45,068 bases of DNA from Ferroacidibacillus organovorans (GTDB lineage: Bacteria > Bacillota > Bacilli > Alicyclobacillales > SLC66): NCBI RefSeq assembly GCF_001642725.1, contig NZ_LSUQ01000020.1, positions 1 to 45,068 of the forward strand, in the 5' to 3' direction. Within the stretch, counting starts at the first letter, position 1, and every line of letters starts with the position of its first letter. The notes below the pieces were generated by a model. The model saw only the letters and a list, made by a program, of their open reading frames with translations, did no database searches and was not told the DNA's origin. Shown piece by piece: positions 29,170 to 38,273 of the stretch. The translations under genes were made by a program, and so were the position numbers.

Positions 29170-30174
29170 TTGTCAGACGCTCTCTATGTTGGCGCAAAAG
29201 TTCGCGCAGTAACGGCCGTCGCCATTTTATTCTTCGTGGCAGTTGGCGTGTATCTCTATACGATGGGTGGATCGACAGGCGTCATTCATGTGCGATCGAT
29301 TCTCTCCCTTTTTGAAGGCATTGTGTGGGATTCACTCCCCTTTTTGGTGATTGGCGTCACCCTCTCTTCAGTCGTTGATGTGCTCTCTGCACGCCGCGCA
29401 TTCTCCTCACTTCTATCCACGCGCATCAAGAGTCACGCCCTTGCGGCGACACTCGGACTCGCGCTGCCCGTTTGCGACTGTGGTGTCGCGCCTGTCGCGA
29501 GAACGATGCGCCGCCGCGGCGTACCGGAGGCGACAGCGATGACGTTTGCCCTCGCGACGCCAACCCTCAATATCATTTCGATTGCGGCGACGTTTGTCGC
29601 TTTCCACGGATCATGGTCCATGGTGCTTTGGCGCGTGGGTGCCGTGCTCCTGCTGTCGCTTAGCATCGGCGTACTCCTCTCGCGACTCCAGGGTGACGCG
29701 ACGGATGTTTATCAGCAGTCGAGCGTGCGCGTAGAACCTGCGCGCAAAACGCTAGCGACGGCCGAGCACATGACCCGACACGCCATCGGTGAACTCGTGG
29801 CGATCGGTCCTTTTTTGATTCTAAGCGCGCTGATTGCGGCGACGGCGCAAGAGTTATGGCCCTTGCGCGCCGTGACCGCGTTTACCCAACACTCGCTGTG
29901 GTCGATTCCGCTGATGATGGCGCTCGGCGGAATGCTGTCTCTTTGTTCGGAGGCAGATGCGTTCGTCGCGGCAGGTCTGGCGTCACTTTTTTCCCCGGGC
30001 GCGATTCTCGCCTTTCTCCTTGCAGGACAACTGGTCGACATCCGAAATATGATGGTGTTTCCATCCGTCTTTCAACAGCGCACCATCTGGACCGCGCTTC
30101 CACTCGCGGCGCTGTTTGTGTTTGTGATAAGCGTCATGGCGAATTACTTCTTCCTCGGGAGGTGGACGCTGTGA
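29170..30174 (+). CDS. DUF318/UPF0718 permease (YcgR-like)
   Basis: PFL..G, PVCDCG..P and LCSEADAFVA motifs; multiple TM helices. Confidence 0.82.
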   Translation: MSDALYVGAKVRAVTAVAILFFVAVGVYLYTMGGSTGVIHVRSILSLFEGIVWDSLPFLVIGVTLSSVVDVLSARRAFSSLLSTRIKSHALAATLGLALPVCDCGVAPVARTMRRRGVPEATAMTFALATPTLNIISIAATFVAFHGSWSMVLWRVGAVLLLSLSIGVLLSRLQGDATDVYQQSSVRVEPARKTLATAEHMTRHAIGELVAIGPFLILSALIAATAQELWPLRAVTAFTQHSLWSIPLMMALGGMLSLCSEADAFVAAGLASLFSPGAILAFLLAGQLVDIRNMMVFPSVFQQRTIWTALPLAALFVFVISVMANYFFLGRWTL

Positions 30175-30473
30175 GAGGTGAGCGCGTACTGCAAACGGTG
30201 GTGATCGCACTCTATGCGGCCGCCAGTTCTCAGCTTCTCTACACCGGGGGAGTCTATCGCATCATGGGAACTTCTTCGATTCCGGTATTGCTCATCGCCA
30301 CGATCCTTTTGTGGATCCTCCTTCTCATCTCAGCGTTCTCGATTGTTCGCGAGTGGAAACAAGACGTGGGCAGTGCTGCGCCACAAGGCGTCCTGCGCGG
30401 ATCGCTCTATGCGGTGTTTGCCTTTCCACCGGCTGTCATTCTCCTCCATACAGCGCTCTCTCTCGTGGTATAA
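30171..30473 (+). CDS. Small 3-TM membrane protein, possibly the N-terminal part of YcgQ (DUF1980)
   Basis: GTGA overlap with the permease stop, RBS GGAGG, hydrophobic 100-aa product; position matches the ycgR-ycgQ pairing. Confidence 0.55.
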   Translation: MRGERVLQTVVIALYAAASSQLLYTGGVYRIMGTSSIPVLLIATILLWILLLISAFSIVREWKQDVGSAAPQGVLRGSLYAVFAFPPAVILLHTALSLVV

Positions 30474-30505
30474 TCAAAAAAATGAGAGATAAAGGGTGTT
30501 TGCGC

Positions 30506-31783
30506 ATGTCATCATTCGTAGCATCGTCTGCCGCCGACAGATCGCACATTCGCGATCTGTCTTTGCACGGTCAGGGCGAAAAGAAGATTCAGTGGGTGAT
30601 CGGGCGCATGCCGCTCATGCGCGCCCTGCAAGAGCAGTTTGAGAAGGAGCAGCCGTTTGCCGGAAAGCGGGTTGTCATCTGTCTGCACCTCGAGGCAAAA
30701 ACAGCTTATTTGGCGCGTGTGGTGCAGTCAGGTGGCGCTGAGGTGACGGTGGTCGCGTCAAATCCGCTGTCAACGCAGGATGATGTGATCGCGGCACTCG
30801 TGCAAGGAGGCATCGCGGCGCACGCATGGCACGGCGCGAGCGATGAGGAATACCACGCGCACATCCGCGCGGCGCTCGATACCCATCCGCAATTGATCAT
30901 TGACGATGGCGGCGATCTGATCACGACACTCCACCATGAGCGCAAAGAGCAAGTCGCGACAGTGATCGGTGGCTGTGAAGAAACGACGACAGGGATTCTG
31001 CGCCTGCGTGCGATGGAGCGCGACGGAGCGCTGCGCGTCCCGATGATGGCGGTCAATGACGCGTACAGCAAGTATCTTTTTGACAACCGCTATGGGACAG
31101 GGCAATCTGTATGGGATGGCATCATGCGTACGACGAACATGGTCGTTGCAGGATCGACTGCGGTCGTCGTCGGCTATGGTTGGTGTGGAAAAGGTGTGGC
31201 GTTGCGCGCACGCGGTCTCGGCGCGCGGGTGATCGTTTGCGAAGTTGATCCGATCAAGGCGGTCGAGGCAGTCATGGATGGGCACGAGGTGATGCCCATG
31301 CGGGAGGCGGCGCGCCACGGCGACTTTTTTGTCACAGTGACCGGGAATCGCGACTGCGTCACGGGCGCACATTTTGACGTGATGAAGACGGGCGCAATTT
31401 TGGCAAATGCCGGTCACTTTGACGTTGAGATCAGCATCCCCGATCTGCGCGAGCGAGCAGTGGCGGTCACGGATGCGCGCCCGAATGTGCAGGGGTTTGT
31501 GATGGCGGATGGGCGCGTCCTCTACCTTCTCGCAGAGGGCAGGCTTGTCAATCTCGCCGCAGGGGACGGCCATCCGGCCGAGGTGATGGACATGACGTTT
31601 GCGCTGCAGGCGCTGGCCCTTCGCCACGTCGCACAGCAGGCGCTTGCACCAGGTGTCCACAATCTCCCGGCGGAGCTTGACCGCCGTGTGGCGGCGATGC
31701 GTCTGGGCGCAGATGGACGGTCGATTGACGAACTGTCGGACGCGCAAAAGGCATACCTTGCAGGGTGGAGTCACGAAGCGTAG
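30506..31783 (+). CDS. ahcY: Adenosylhomocysteinase
   Basis: SNPLSTQD, IIDDGGDL, EETTTG, FDNRYGTGQS, GYGWCGKG, NAGHFDVEI and GRLVNL..GHP motifs. Confidence 0.97.
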   Translation: MSSFVASSAADRSHIRDLSLHGQGEKKIQWVIGRMPLMRALQEQFEKEQPFAGKRVVICLHLEAKTAYLARVVQSGGAEVTVVASNPLSTQDDVIAALVQGGIAAHAWHGASDEEYHAHIRAALDTHPQLIIDDGGDLITTLHHERKEQVATVIGGCEETTTGILRLRAMERDGALRVPMMAVNDAYSKYLFDNRYGTGQSVWDGIMRTTNMVVAGSTAVVVGYGWCGKGVALRARGLGARVIVCEVDPIKAVEAVMDGHEVMPMREAARHGDFFVTVTGNRDCVTGAHFDVMKTGAILANAGHFDVEISIPDLRERAVAVTDARPNVQGFVMADGRVLYLLAEGRLVNLAAGDGHPAEVMDMTFALQALALRHVAQQALAPGVHNLPAELDRRVAAMRLGADGRSIDELSDAQKAYLAGWSHEA

Positions 31784-31833
31784 GCGCGTTGCGCGGTGAA
31801 CATGAGGACATGGCGGGGAGAGGGGTGTGAGGG

Positions 31834-32595
31834 ATGAAGCCGAGAATTGGGCTTTCTGTAAACTATGAGGAAAAAGGTCCGGGCAAGGTTGGCGCCTATC
31901 TCGGCGCGGATTACACGGACGGGATCTACGCGGCAGGCGGACTCCCTTTTGTTTTACCGCTCACCGACGAGCGGGCGTGGATCGAGGATCTCGCCGACGA
32001 ACTCGACGGCCTTCTTTTGACGGGCGGAGATGACATCGATCCAAGTTACTTTGGACAAGAGCCGCTGCTCGGTTTGGGACAAGTCACGCCGCTTCGCGAC
32101 GCGATGGAGTTTCAGCTTTTTGCCGCGATGCGCGCTCGTCAGAAACCGATCTTTGGCATCTGTCGCGGTGTGCAGGTCATGAATGCGGCGCTCGGTGGCA
32201 CGCTCTATCAGGATCTGCCGCGCGAGTTTCAAGGGACACTTCAGCACAGTCAAAAGGCACCGCGTCAGCACACGGCGCACGCTGTGGAGGTCGTATCCGG
32301 CACGCTGTTGGCAAAGATCGTGGAGATAGAGTCGCTTCCCGTCAATACCTACCACCACCAGGCGGTACGCGATCTCGCGCCGGGGTGCGTCGCGACGGCG
32401 CACAGCCGGGACGGCTTAGTCGAGGCGATCGAATGCCCGAGTGACCGCTTTACGCTCGGTGTACAGTGGCACCCAGAAAACCTGTGGCGAAAGCACACAT
32501 CACACTTCAGACTATTTACTGCCTTCACTGAGGCTGCGGCGGCGCGGCGTAAAGCGGCGCAAAAAGAGTCTGTCTTCGTGCGTGAAGAAAAATAG
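31834..32595 (+). CDS. Peptidase C26 / gamma-glutamyl-gamma-aminobutyrate hydrolase family (class I glutamine amidotransferase)
   Basis: LLLTGG.DIDP, GICRG.Q, VN.YHHQAV and GVQWHPE motifs. Confidence 0.92.
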   Translation: MKPRIGLSVNYEEKGPGKVGAYLGADYTDGIYAAGGLPFVLPLTDERAWIEDLADELDGLLLTGGDDIDPSYFGQEPLLGLGQVTPLRDAMEFQLFAAMRARQKPIFGICRGVQVMNAALGGTLYQDLPREFQGTLQHSQKAPRQHTAHAVEVVSGTLLAKIVEIESLPVNTYHHQAVRDLAPGCVATAHSRDGLVEAIECPSDRFTLGVQWHPENLWRKHTSHFRLFTAFTEAAAARRKAAQKESVFVREEK

Positions 32596-33843
32596 GTTAC
32601 GCAAAGAACGGTTCGTGTGCCGTCTGTAGTAGAGCACTGAGAGTGTAAGCGCGAGGAAATAGGCGGTTGACGAGGCGAGCGCGCCTCCGACGATGCCGAG
32701 ATGCGGGATGGCGATGACGCAGATCAGCACGTTGGTGGCGATGCTCGCCGCTTGCATGTAGAGCGGAAAGCGGACGTGGCCGAGTTGGTCTGTAAAGAAT
32801 TGTGTCAAAAGACCTGTCGCTCCATACGCGGTCGTTCCGATCAATAAAATTTGAAACGGGGCGATTGAACCTTGATAGCGATGCGTATAGACCACATCAA
32901 TCAGTGGGGAACAGGCAAACATGATCACTGCCCCGCTGATGAGGGTATAAAACGTAAAGCGAAAACTGCGCTCGGTAAGCTCGATCGAGGCGTGGCGCTC
33001 TTCTTTTGCGATTCGTGCAAAGACAGCCAGACTGATGCTCTGCGAGACCTGCCACAGAATCTCGGATGCGGTCACTGCGATCGTATAGAGCGCGACGCCG
33101 CGCGAACCAGCGAGAATGCCGACGGCGTAGAAATCGCCCCGGTAGTTGAGCTGCGTCAACAGATTTTGCCATGAGATGCGGTTTCCGTATGCAAAAAAAG
33201 GTTTGCTGACTTCTTCATCGCGGCGCGGCGTAAAACGGGTTCCTGCGCGCGCGCGGGCGATGGGGACAATGAGCGCGGCGGCCGTGATGTTTGTGCAGAG
33301 CCAGAGAATCAGCGTGATCACCAAGAGGTGAGGGCTGAGTGTGGCGCGTCTTGCGTGGTTGAGTCCATAGAGGACGGCCGCACCGACGAGAAACAGTGAC
33401 GCTTGCACCATGTTCATGCGGTTGACCCACGAGATTTCATTCAAAGCCTGCAGCAAACGTGAGCTATAGTTATAGAGGATGACGAAAGGAAGAACGGCCA
33501 AGATAAACGAGATGTAAAAGAAAACGGAAAACGCGTGCGTCAGACTGACACTTACGATCAAGAGCGCCACGATGACGCTTGCGAGTTGCAAATAGAGGCG
33601 CGAGAGCACCCCGAGCAGCCGACTGCGATCGAGTTTTAGGCGGTTGAGGCCGTAGTTGACAAACGCGCCGTATCCAGAAAGAAAGGTAGAGCCAAAAAGG
33701 AGTGTGCTCGTCACGAGCGCGTAGGTACCGCGATCGCTCAGGCTCGCAAAGTAGCGTGTGACAAGCACTCCAGAAAGAAAGGTAATCGCGGATATTCCCA
33801 GCTTATAGCCGATGGTTCGAAAGACCTGCAAAACGGCGCGCAC
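32512..33843 (-). CDS. MOP superfamily polysaccharide flippase (Wzx-like)
   Basis: About 12 TM helices; R.....RG.YAL, LNYRGD and IP.LGIVG.ALASS motifs; GTG start at 33843 after GGGTGA. Confidence 0.8.
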   Translation of the reverse strand: MRAVLQVFRTIGYKLGISAITFLSGVLVTRYFASLSDRGTYALVTSTLLFGSTFLSGYGAFVNYGLNRLKLDRSRLLGVLSRLYLQLASVIVALLIVSVSLTHAFSVFFYISFILAVLPFVILYNYSSRLLQALNEISWVNRMNMVQASLFLVGAAVLYGLNHARRATLSPHLLVITLILWLCTNITAAALIVPIARARAGTRFTPRRDEEVSKPFFAYGNRISWQNLLTQLNYRGDFYAVGILAGSRGVALYTIAVTASEILWQVSQSISLAVFARIAKEERHASIELTERSFRFTFYTLISGAVIMFACSPLIDVVYTHRYQGSIAPFQILLIGTTAYGATGLLTQFFTDQLGHVRFPLYMQAASIATNVLICVIAIPHLGIVGGALASSTAYFLALTLSVLYYRRHTNRSLRNLFFFTHEDRLFLRRFTPRRRSLSEGSK

Positions 33844-33978
33844 AAAATCACCCTGCAAGAGTATAGCATGCCAGGTATGGCGCTGTCCCCTTTTGCGAGA
33901 ATTCTTCGCATTGATAAGTGGGTAGAAGGCGCAGACGCTCCGGACGTCTCGCAGTCGCTCATCAAAGGAGGAGTCATC

Positions 33979-34290
33979 TTGGCCACGACGAGCAGGCATC
34001 TCTTGGTCTCCGTCCAGATTGGACAGAATGCAAACGGCAAGCCAAAGCTTCACAATCGCACCTACCCGCACGTTGATGTTGCGGCGGCGGAGAGCGCGAT
34101 TGCGAGTGTGCTTCAGGCGCTGTCACCGCTGTTCGCCGATCCGATTGTCGAGTTGGGTCATGTCGACACTGTCTCGCTGCAAGGAATCTCTGCGACGGGA
34201 ACGACGTCAGCAAGCGTTACGTCAGGGACATCCGTCACCGGAACGACGACTGCGGTCACTTCCACTTCAGGGACAACTGTGGTTGCGTAA
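33979..34290 (+). CDS. DUF1659-like small protein with Ser/Thr-rich tail
   Basis: RBS AAAGGAGG before TTG; G....GKP.....TY..V motif; paired with a DUF2922-like gene. Confidence 0.65.
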   Translation: MATTSRHLLVSVQIGQNANGKPKLHNRTYPHVDVAAAESAIASVLQALSPLFADPIVELGHVDTVSLQGISATGTTSASVTSGTSVTGTTTAVTSTSGTTVVA

Positions 34291-34318
34291 TCCGATCAGC
34301 CAAAGGGGGGTTCGATTC

Positions 34319-34537
34319 ATGAAAGAAGTGCTTCAGTTGTCGTTTCTCACGAGCGCTAGCAAGGCGGTTCACTTGCAGATTCAAAATCCTAAGCAACCAG
34401 TTGACCCGGTCGCAGTAAACGCAGCGATGGATGCGATTGTCGGGGGTGACATCTTCCTCTTCCCGACGGGGCGAATCGTCAAGAAGGTGGCAGCGAAGGT
34501 CAACACGTCTGACACGTCGATCCTGACCCTTCCCTGA
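34319..34537 (+). CDS. DUF2922-like small protein
   Basis: MK..LQL.F......V.L.I..PK and V..AMD.IV...IF pattern; RBS AAAGGGGG. Confidence 0.75.
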   Translation: MKEVLQLSFLTSASKAVHLQIQNPKQPVDPVAVNAAMDAIVGGDIFLFPTGRIVKKVAAKVNTSDTSILTLP

Positions 34538-34596
34538 TCGCTGTGAGGTGCGATCAGCGGATCGCGGCGTCAGATGGATCTTTCCTATAGAATAGC

Positions 34597-34636
34597 GAGA
34601 GCCCTCTTTTGGTCAGGTGATCAAGGGAGGGCTCTC
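34597..34636 (+). terminator. Long hairpin between convergent genes
   Basis: GAGAGCCCTC...GAGGGCTCTC stem extended by G-U pairs. Confidence 0.6.
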
Positions 34637-34903
34637 AAGCGATTTCAGTGTATAAAGAAGGAGTTCGTACAAATCTTCTGCGCAATCCGCCTCAAGCAAG
34701 ATGCGCTCATCGACCAACACGAACGGTTTTCGAAAGCAGTTGTGACAGTGACCAAGGCATTCCCACTCGCGGTGGTCGATCGCTGGATGGTGTGCGCTAA
34801 CCCGACGCACCACATCGTCGCTGTGGTGCGCACGGTTATTTTCGCACGTCTCCATGCGAACGGTGGTTTGCGACTTTGTTTCCTGAGCCTCGATCTCATC
34901 CAC
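34613..34903 (-). CDS. YuzB/DUF1450 (UPF0349) family small Cys-rich protein
   Basis: E.C..N, ECLGHCHNC and PFVLV pattern like YuzB; start uncertain (GTG 34903 or ATG 34855). Confidence 0.7.
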   Translation of the reverse strand: MDEIEAQETKSQTTVRMETCENNRAHHSDDVVRRVSAHHPAIDHREWECLGHCHNCFRKPFVLVDERILLEADCAEDLYELLLYTLKSLESPPLIT

Positions 34904-34973
34904 CCCTCGCAGACGGAGAATAAAACTTTCCTGTATAATCTTGTCGTACCTCTGATAGAATTTCGTGGAAGCT

Positions 34974-35000
34974 TGTAACCTTTTTGGATCCAACATCGTC
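34974..35000 (+). promoter_or_regulatory. ECF sigma-type (SigX/SigM-like) promoter, probably autoregulatory
   Basis: TGTAAC N17 CGTC directly upstream of the ECF sigma gene. Confidence 0.7.
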
Positions 35001-35019
35001 AATATCATGACGCAGGCAG

Positions 35020-35559
35020 GTGAATCGTTTGTCGCCTCAGTCTCAAGAAGAGCGCGTATCCCTTCTCCAAGAATTGATGCGCGCGTTTGGTCACGACGTG
35101 ATTCGCTTGATCGATCACTATCTGCACGATCGACACGCCGCAGAAGACCTTTCTCAAGATGTCTTTCTTAAAGTGTACGACCATTTGGATGACTTTCGCA
35201 ATGAATCGAGTTATAAAACATGGATCTTGGCGATCGCGGCAAACGCTGCAAAAGATTATCTGCGAGCGGCCGCACGGCGCGTAACGCCGATGGAGACGAT
35301 TCCTGAGGGCGCACCTCTTCCTGCAGTTGAGAGTGCGGTGGTCGAGCGCGCGCAGCGCGATCAGTTATGGCGCGCGGTAGATGCCCTTCCGGGTGTTTAT
35401 CGCGAGGCGATCTGGCTCTTTTACGGCCATGAACTATCGATCGAAGAGGCGGCGCGCGTGGCGAAAGCGAGTGTCGGCGCGATGAAAACGAGACTACACA
35501 GAGGGCGCGCCATGCTTCGCGAGGGGTTAGGGGGTGGGCTAGATTATGAATCGAGATGA
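35020..35559 (+). CDS. ECF family RNA polymerase sigma-70 factor
   Basis: Region 2 AEDL.QDVFLK..SYKTWI..IA.N; region 4 LP..YREAI.L...KTRLHRGR; start may be TTG 35029. Confidence 0.93.
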   Translation: MNRLSPQSQEERVSLLQELMRAFGHDVIRLIDHYLHDRHAAEDLSQDVFLKVYDHLDDFRNESSYKTWILAIAANAAKDYLRAAARRVTPMETIPEGAPLPAVESAVVERAQRDQLWRAVDALPGVYREAIWLFYGHELSIEEAARVAKASVGAMKTRLHRGRAMLREGLGGGLDYESR

Positions 35560-36625
35560 CTTCAAGGAGCAAGACGATCTAGAGGCGTTTTTGCGTACCC
35601 TTGCCCGTGAGAAACGCGATCTTACCTTTACGGATGAGATGCAGGCGCGCGTCTTAAAACGAATTGAAGAGCGCACACCGCCTGTGACGGCGCGGATCGC
35701 GTCGCAGAAACGCAAACTGTTCGGACGGCGCGCGTGGGTTGGGATCGGAGCGGCTGCGGTCGCCTGTGTCGCCTGGGTGCTCATCGCGACGGGGCTCATC
35801 AACAATCGCATTTTCACGATCAATTCTAGTTTTCATACCGCCTCAACTGGCGCTGGGATACCTTCTTTTTCAGCATCGCTCGCGCCGGTTGACGTTGCTC
35901 AAGTCAGCGTGCTCCCCACAACCGCGCAAACGACGAATCACGGAGTGCCAGGTGTGCCGCGCACAAATGGAATAATGAGCCTTGCGCCGCAGAGTGTGAC
36001 GGTACACGCCACACTTGTCAACCAGAGTGACCGTCCGATTGCTGGGAAGGATCTGCAAGGAATGCTGTTTATTCTCAAAAATTCTTCGGGTCTCTCTCCG
36101 TTGCAATGGGGAGATTGGGAGTATTTTGTCAATGGGCCGTCTGGCGTTATCCCGGCGCACGGAAGTTTGCCATGGTCATTTACACCGAATCCTACACCGC
36201 CCTTCACATCGCTTGCCTCGCGCCAGGTGCACATGATCTGGATGTTCCGCAAGGGTGTGCAAAACGCGCCGACGCTGACGATCGGCACCCTTCCGATTGC
36301 GACACAGGTGCAGTCAGTCGTCGTTACAGGGCGCGTTCAAAGCGTTCAATTTTTCACAGTGAACGTCACTGCGCGAAATGAGTCGCAACGCGCGATCGCG
36401 CTCAACCATGTGATGGGAATTCTCATTTTTGGCAAGGGCGAGCCTCTGCTCAGTCGCTCGACCTACAAATACTTTGACGATGTCACGCACAGCGCAAAAA
36501 TGGAGTGGCTCAAACCGGGGCAATCGCGCATCCTCTCGTTTACGCTGACAGGTGTCCCCGGGGTTGAGATGCAGAAACTTTCCAGCCATGTCTTTTTAGT
36601 GGCGCGCAGTCAACTCGGGGTGTGA
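35546..36625 (+). CDS. Putative membrane anti-sigma factor with duplicated extracellular Ig-like domains
   Basis: Overlaps the sigma gene; short cytoplasmic N-terminus, one TM helix, two similar beta-rich segments. Confidence 0.65.
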   Translation: MNRDDFKEQDDLEAFLRTLAREKRDLTFTDEMQARVLKRIEERTPPVTARIASQKRKLFGRRAWVGIGAAAVACVAWVLIATGLINNRIFTINSSFHTASTGAGIPSFSASLAPVDVAQVSVLPTTAQTTNHGVPGVPRTNGIMSLAPQSVTVHATLVNQSDRPIAGKDLQGMLFILKNSSGLSPLQWGDWEYFVNGPSGVIPAHGSLPWSFTPNPTPPFTSLASRQVHMIWMFRKGVQNAPTLTIGTLPIATQVQSVVVTGRVQSVQFFTVNVTARNESQRAIALNHVMGILIFGKGEPLLSRSTYKYFDDVTHSAKMEWLKPGQSRILSFTLTGVPGVEMQKLSSHVFLVARSQLGV

Positions 36626-36639
36626 TTACGGCAGGTGCA

Positions 36640-36669
36640 TTGCCCGCCGATGGTGAATATGGGTATAAT
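36640..36669 (+). promoter_or_regulatory. Sigma-A promoter of the thiL-tsa operon
   Basis: TTGCCC N18 TATAAT. Confidence 0.55.
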
Positions 36670-36710
36670 GGCGGCATTGATTCGAAGCGTGACGGAGAGC
36701 GGGGATTGCA

Positions 36711-37736
36711 GTGCGCCTCCATGAAATCGGAGAGTTTGGACTGATCGCGCGGTTAAAAGAGATCGTTTGGCGCACTGACGCGCGCGTCATGGTGGGGATC
36801 GGCGATGACGCGGCGGTGGTCACGTATGAGCGCCCGGTAGTCATGACGACCGATGCACTGGTGCAAGGCATTCACTTTACGCGTGAAACGATGACGCCAG
36901 AGACGACGGGCGCGAAGGCGGTCGTCGCGACGCTGAGCGATCTTGCAGCGATGGGCGCTGTAGCGCGCCACTTGCTTGTGACACTTGCGCTTCCGCCGGA
37001 TACGGATGTGGAAGAGATTCTTGCAATGTACCGGGGAATGGCGGATGTGTGCGAAACGTATGATGTCACGCTGATTGGCGGCGACGTTGTATCGACAGGC
37101 GGGCCGCTCGTCATCAGTGTGACAGCGACGGGGGAGTTGCTTGATAAACCGCTTTTGCGCTCTGGCGCAAAGCCTGGGGACATTCTCTTTGTGACAGGGG
37201 ACCTCGGCGGGTCAGCGGGTTTTTTGCACGCACTTTTCGCGGATCGACTGACCATGCTTATGCCGCTTGATCTGGCACTCTTGCGGGAGCGACACCAGCG
37301 ACCAACGCCACAGTTTGCGGCGGCGCAGATCCTCGCCGAAGAAGGGTGCACGTCACTCAATGATGTGTCAGATGGCCTTGCTTCAGAAGCACACGAGATT
37401 GCAGAAGCAAGTGGTGTTCATCTGGTGATTGAGGCAGACCGCATACCCATTCCGCCGGCGCTTCGCGCTTACGCGCGAATGGGCCGAGAAAGTCCGCTTG
37501 ACTTTGCGCTCTACGGTGGCGAAGACTATCAGTTAGTTGGCACGGTTGATGTCCGTCGTGCCGGACGAGTGCTAGCGCGAATGCAAGCGTCTGGTGTTCG
37601 CTTCACGATCATTGGGCGCGTAACCGATGGCGCACCGGGTGTCGAGCTGCTTTCACAAGGTATTTATCAAACGATAGAAAAACGGGGCTACAATCATTTT
37701 GAAGCTGCACTGCGTGGCGACAAGGAAATCAGGTGA
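36711..37736 (+). CDS. thiL: Thiamine-monophosphate kinase
   Basis: GEFGLI, GIGDDAA, SDLAAMGA, LIGGD, RSGAKPGD, DVSDGLA and GGEDYQL motifs. Confidence 0.95.
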   Translation: MRLHEIGEFGLIARLKEIVWRTDARVMVGIGDDAAVVTYERPVVMTTDALVQGIHFTRETMTPETTGAKAVVATLSDLAAMGAVARHLLVTLALPPDTDVEEILAMYRGMADVCETYDVTLIGGDVVSTGGPLVISVTATGELLDKPLLRSGAKPGDILFVTGDLGGSAGFLHALFADRLTMLMPLDLALLRERHQRPTPQFAAAQILAEEGCTSLNDVSDGLASEAHEIAEASGVHLVIEADRIPIPPALRAYARMGRESPLDFALYGGEDYQLVGTVDVRRAGRVLARMQASGVRFTIIGRVTDGAPGVELLSQGIYQTIEKRGYNHFEAALRGDKEIR

Positions 37737-37742
37737 TGTGCC

Positions 37743-38273
37743 TTGACGAAATCGATCACGATGCGCACAGAGGGACAAAAGGAGCGGGTAACACAGCGTG
37801 GGCTCACCTTGTGGCTCACGGGGGCTGAGGAGACGATGCGCTTAGGCAGGTCCTTTGGAAATGTCGCGGCGCGCGGCAGCGTACTTCTCATGCGCGGTGG
37901 CTTGGGGGCGGGGAAAACGACGTTTGTGCGCGGTTTCGCAGAAGGCCTTGACTGTCGCGAGGATGTGCAGAGTCCGACGTTCACTTACGTGCTCGAATAC
38001 CTTTCAGGACGCTTGCCACTGTACCATCTCGACTTATACCGACTCGCCGATGAGGCGGTGGGTGAACTGGATTGGCTTGACGAGTACTTGTTTGGCGAAG
38101 GGGTCGCGGTGGTGGAGTGGTCTGAGTACCTTGGCGGCTACGCGCCAGAAGACGCGCTTTTCATCCATTTTATGGCGTCTGAAGAACGCGATCGCCGCCT
38201 TGTTACTATTTCTGCCGCAGGTCATACGGCGTGTGAGGTGTTTGCAGCGTGGGTGAGCGAATGGTCCAGCTAG
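37743..38273 (+). CDS. tsaE: tRNA t6A biosynthesis ATPase TsaE
   Basis: GGLGAGKTTF, VQSPTF, H.DLYRL and VEWS motifs. Confidence 0.94.
   Translation: MTKSITMRTEGQKERVTQRGLTLWLTGAEETMRLGRSFGNVAARGSVLLMRGGLGAGKTTFVRGFAEGLDCREDVQSPTFTYVLEYLSGRLPLYHLDLYRLADEAVGELDWLDEYLFGEGVAVVEWSEYLGGYAPEDALFIHFMASEERDRRLVTISAAGHTACEVFAAWVSEWSS

Noticed and set aside
30311..30505. N-terminal extension of AhcY, or an SAH riboswitch
   Set aside because: Region is occupied by the 30171-30473 gene; homology and RBS point to ATG 30506
24963..31774. Long antisense ORFs (24963-25898, 27159-28205, 30770-31774)
   Set aside because: Shadows of LCP, alr and ahcY in GC-rich coding DNA; no motifs or RBS
33844..34071. Long N-terminal extension of the flippase ORF
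   Set aside because: Overlaps the divergent DUF1659-like gene; an RBS supports GTG 33843
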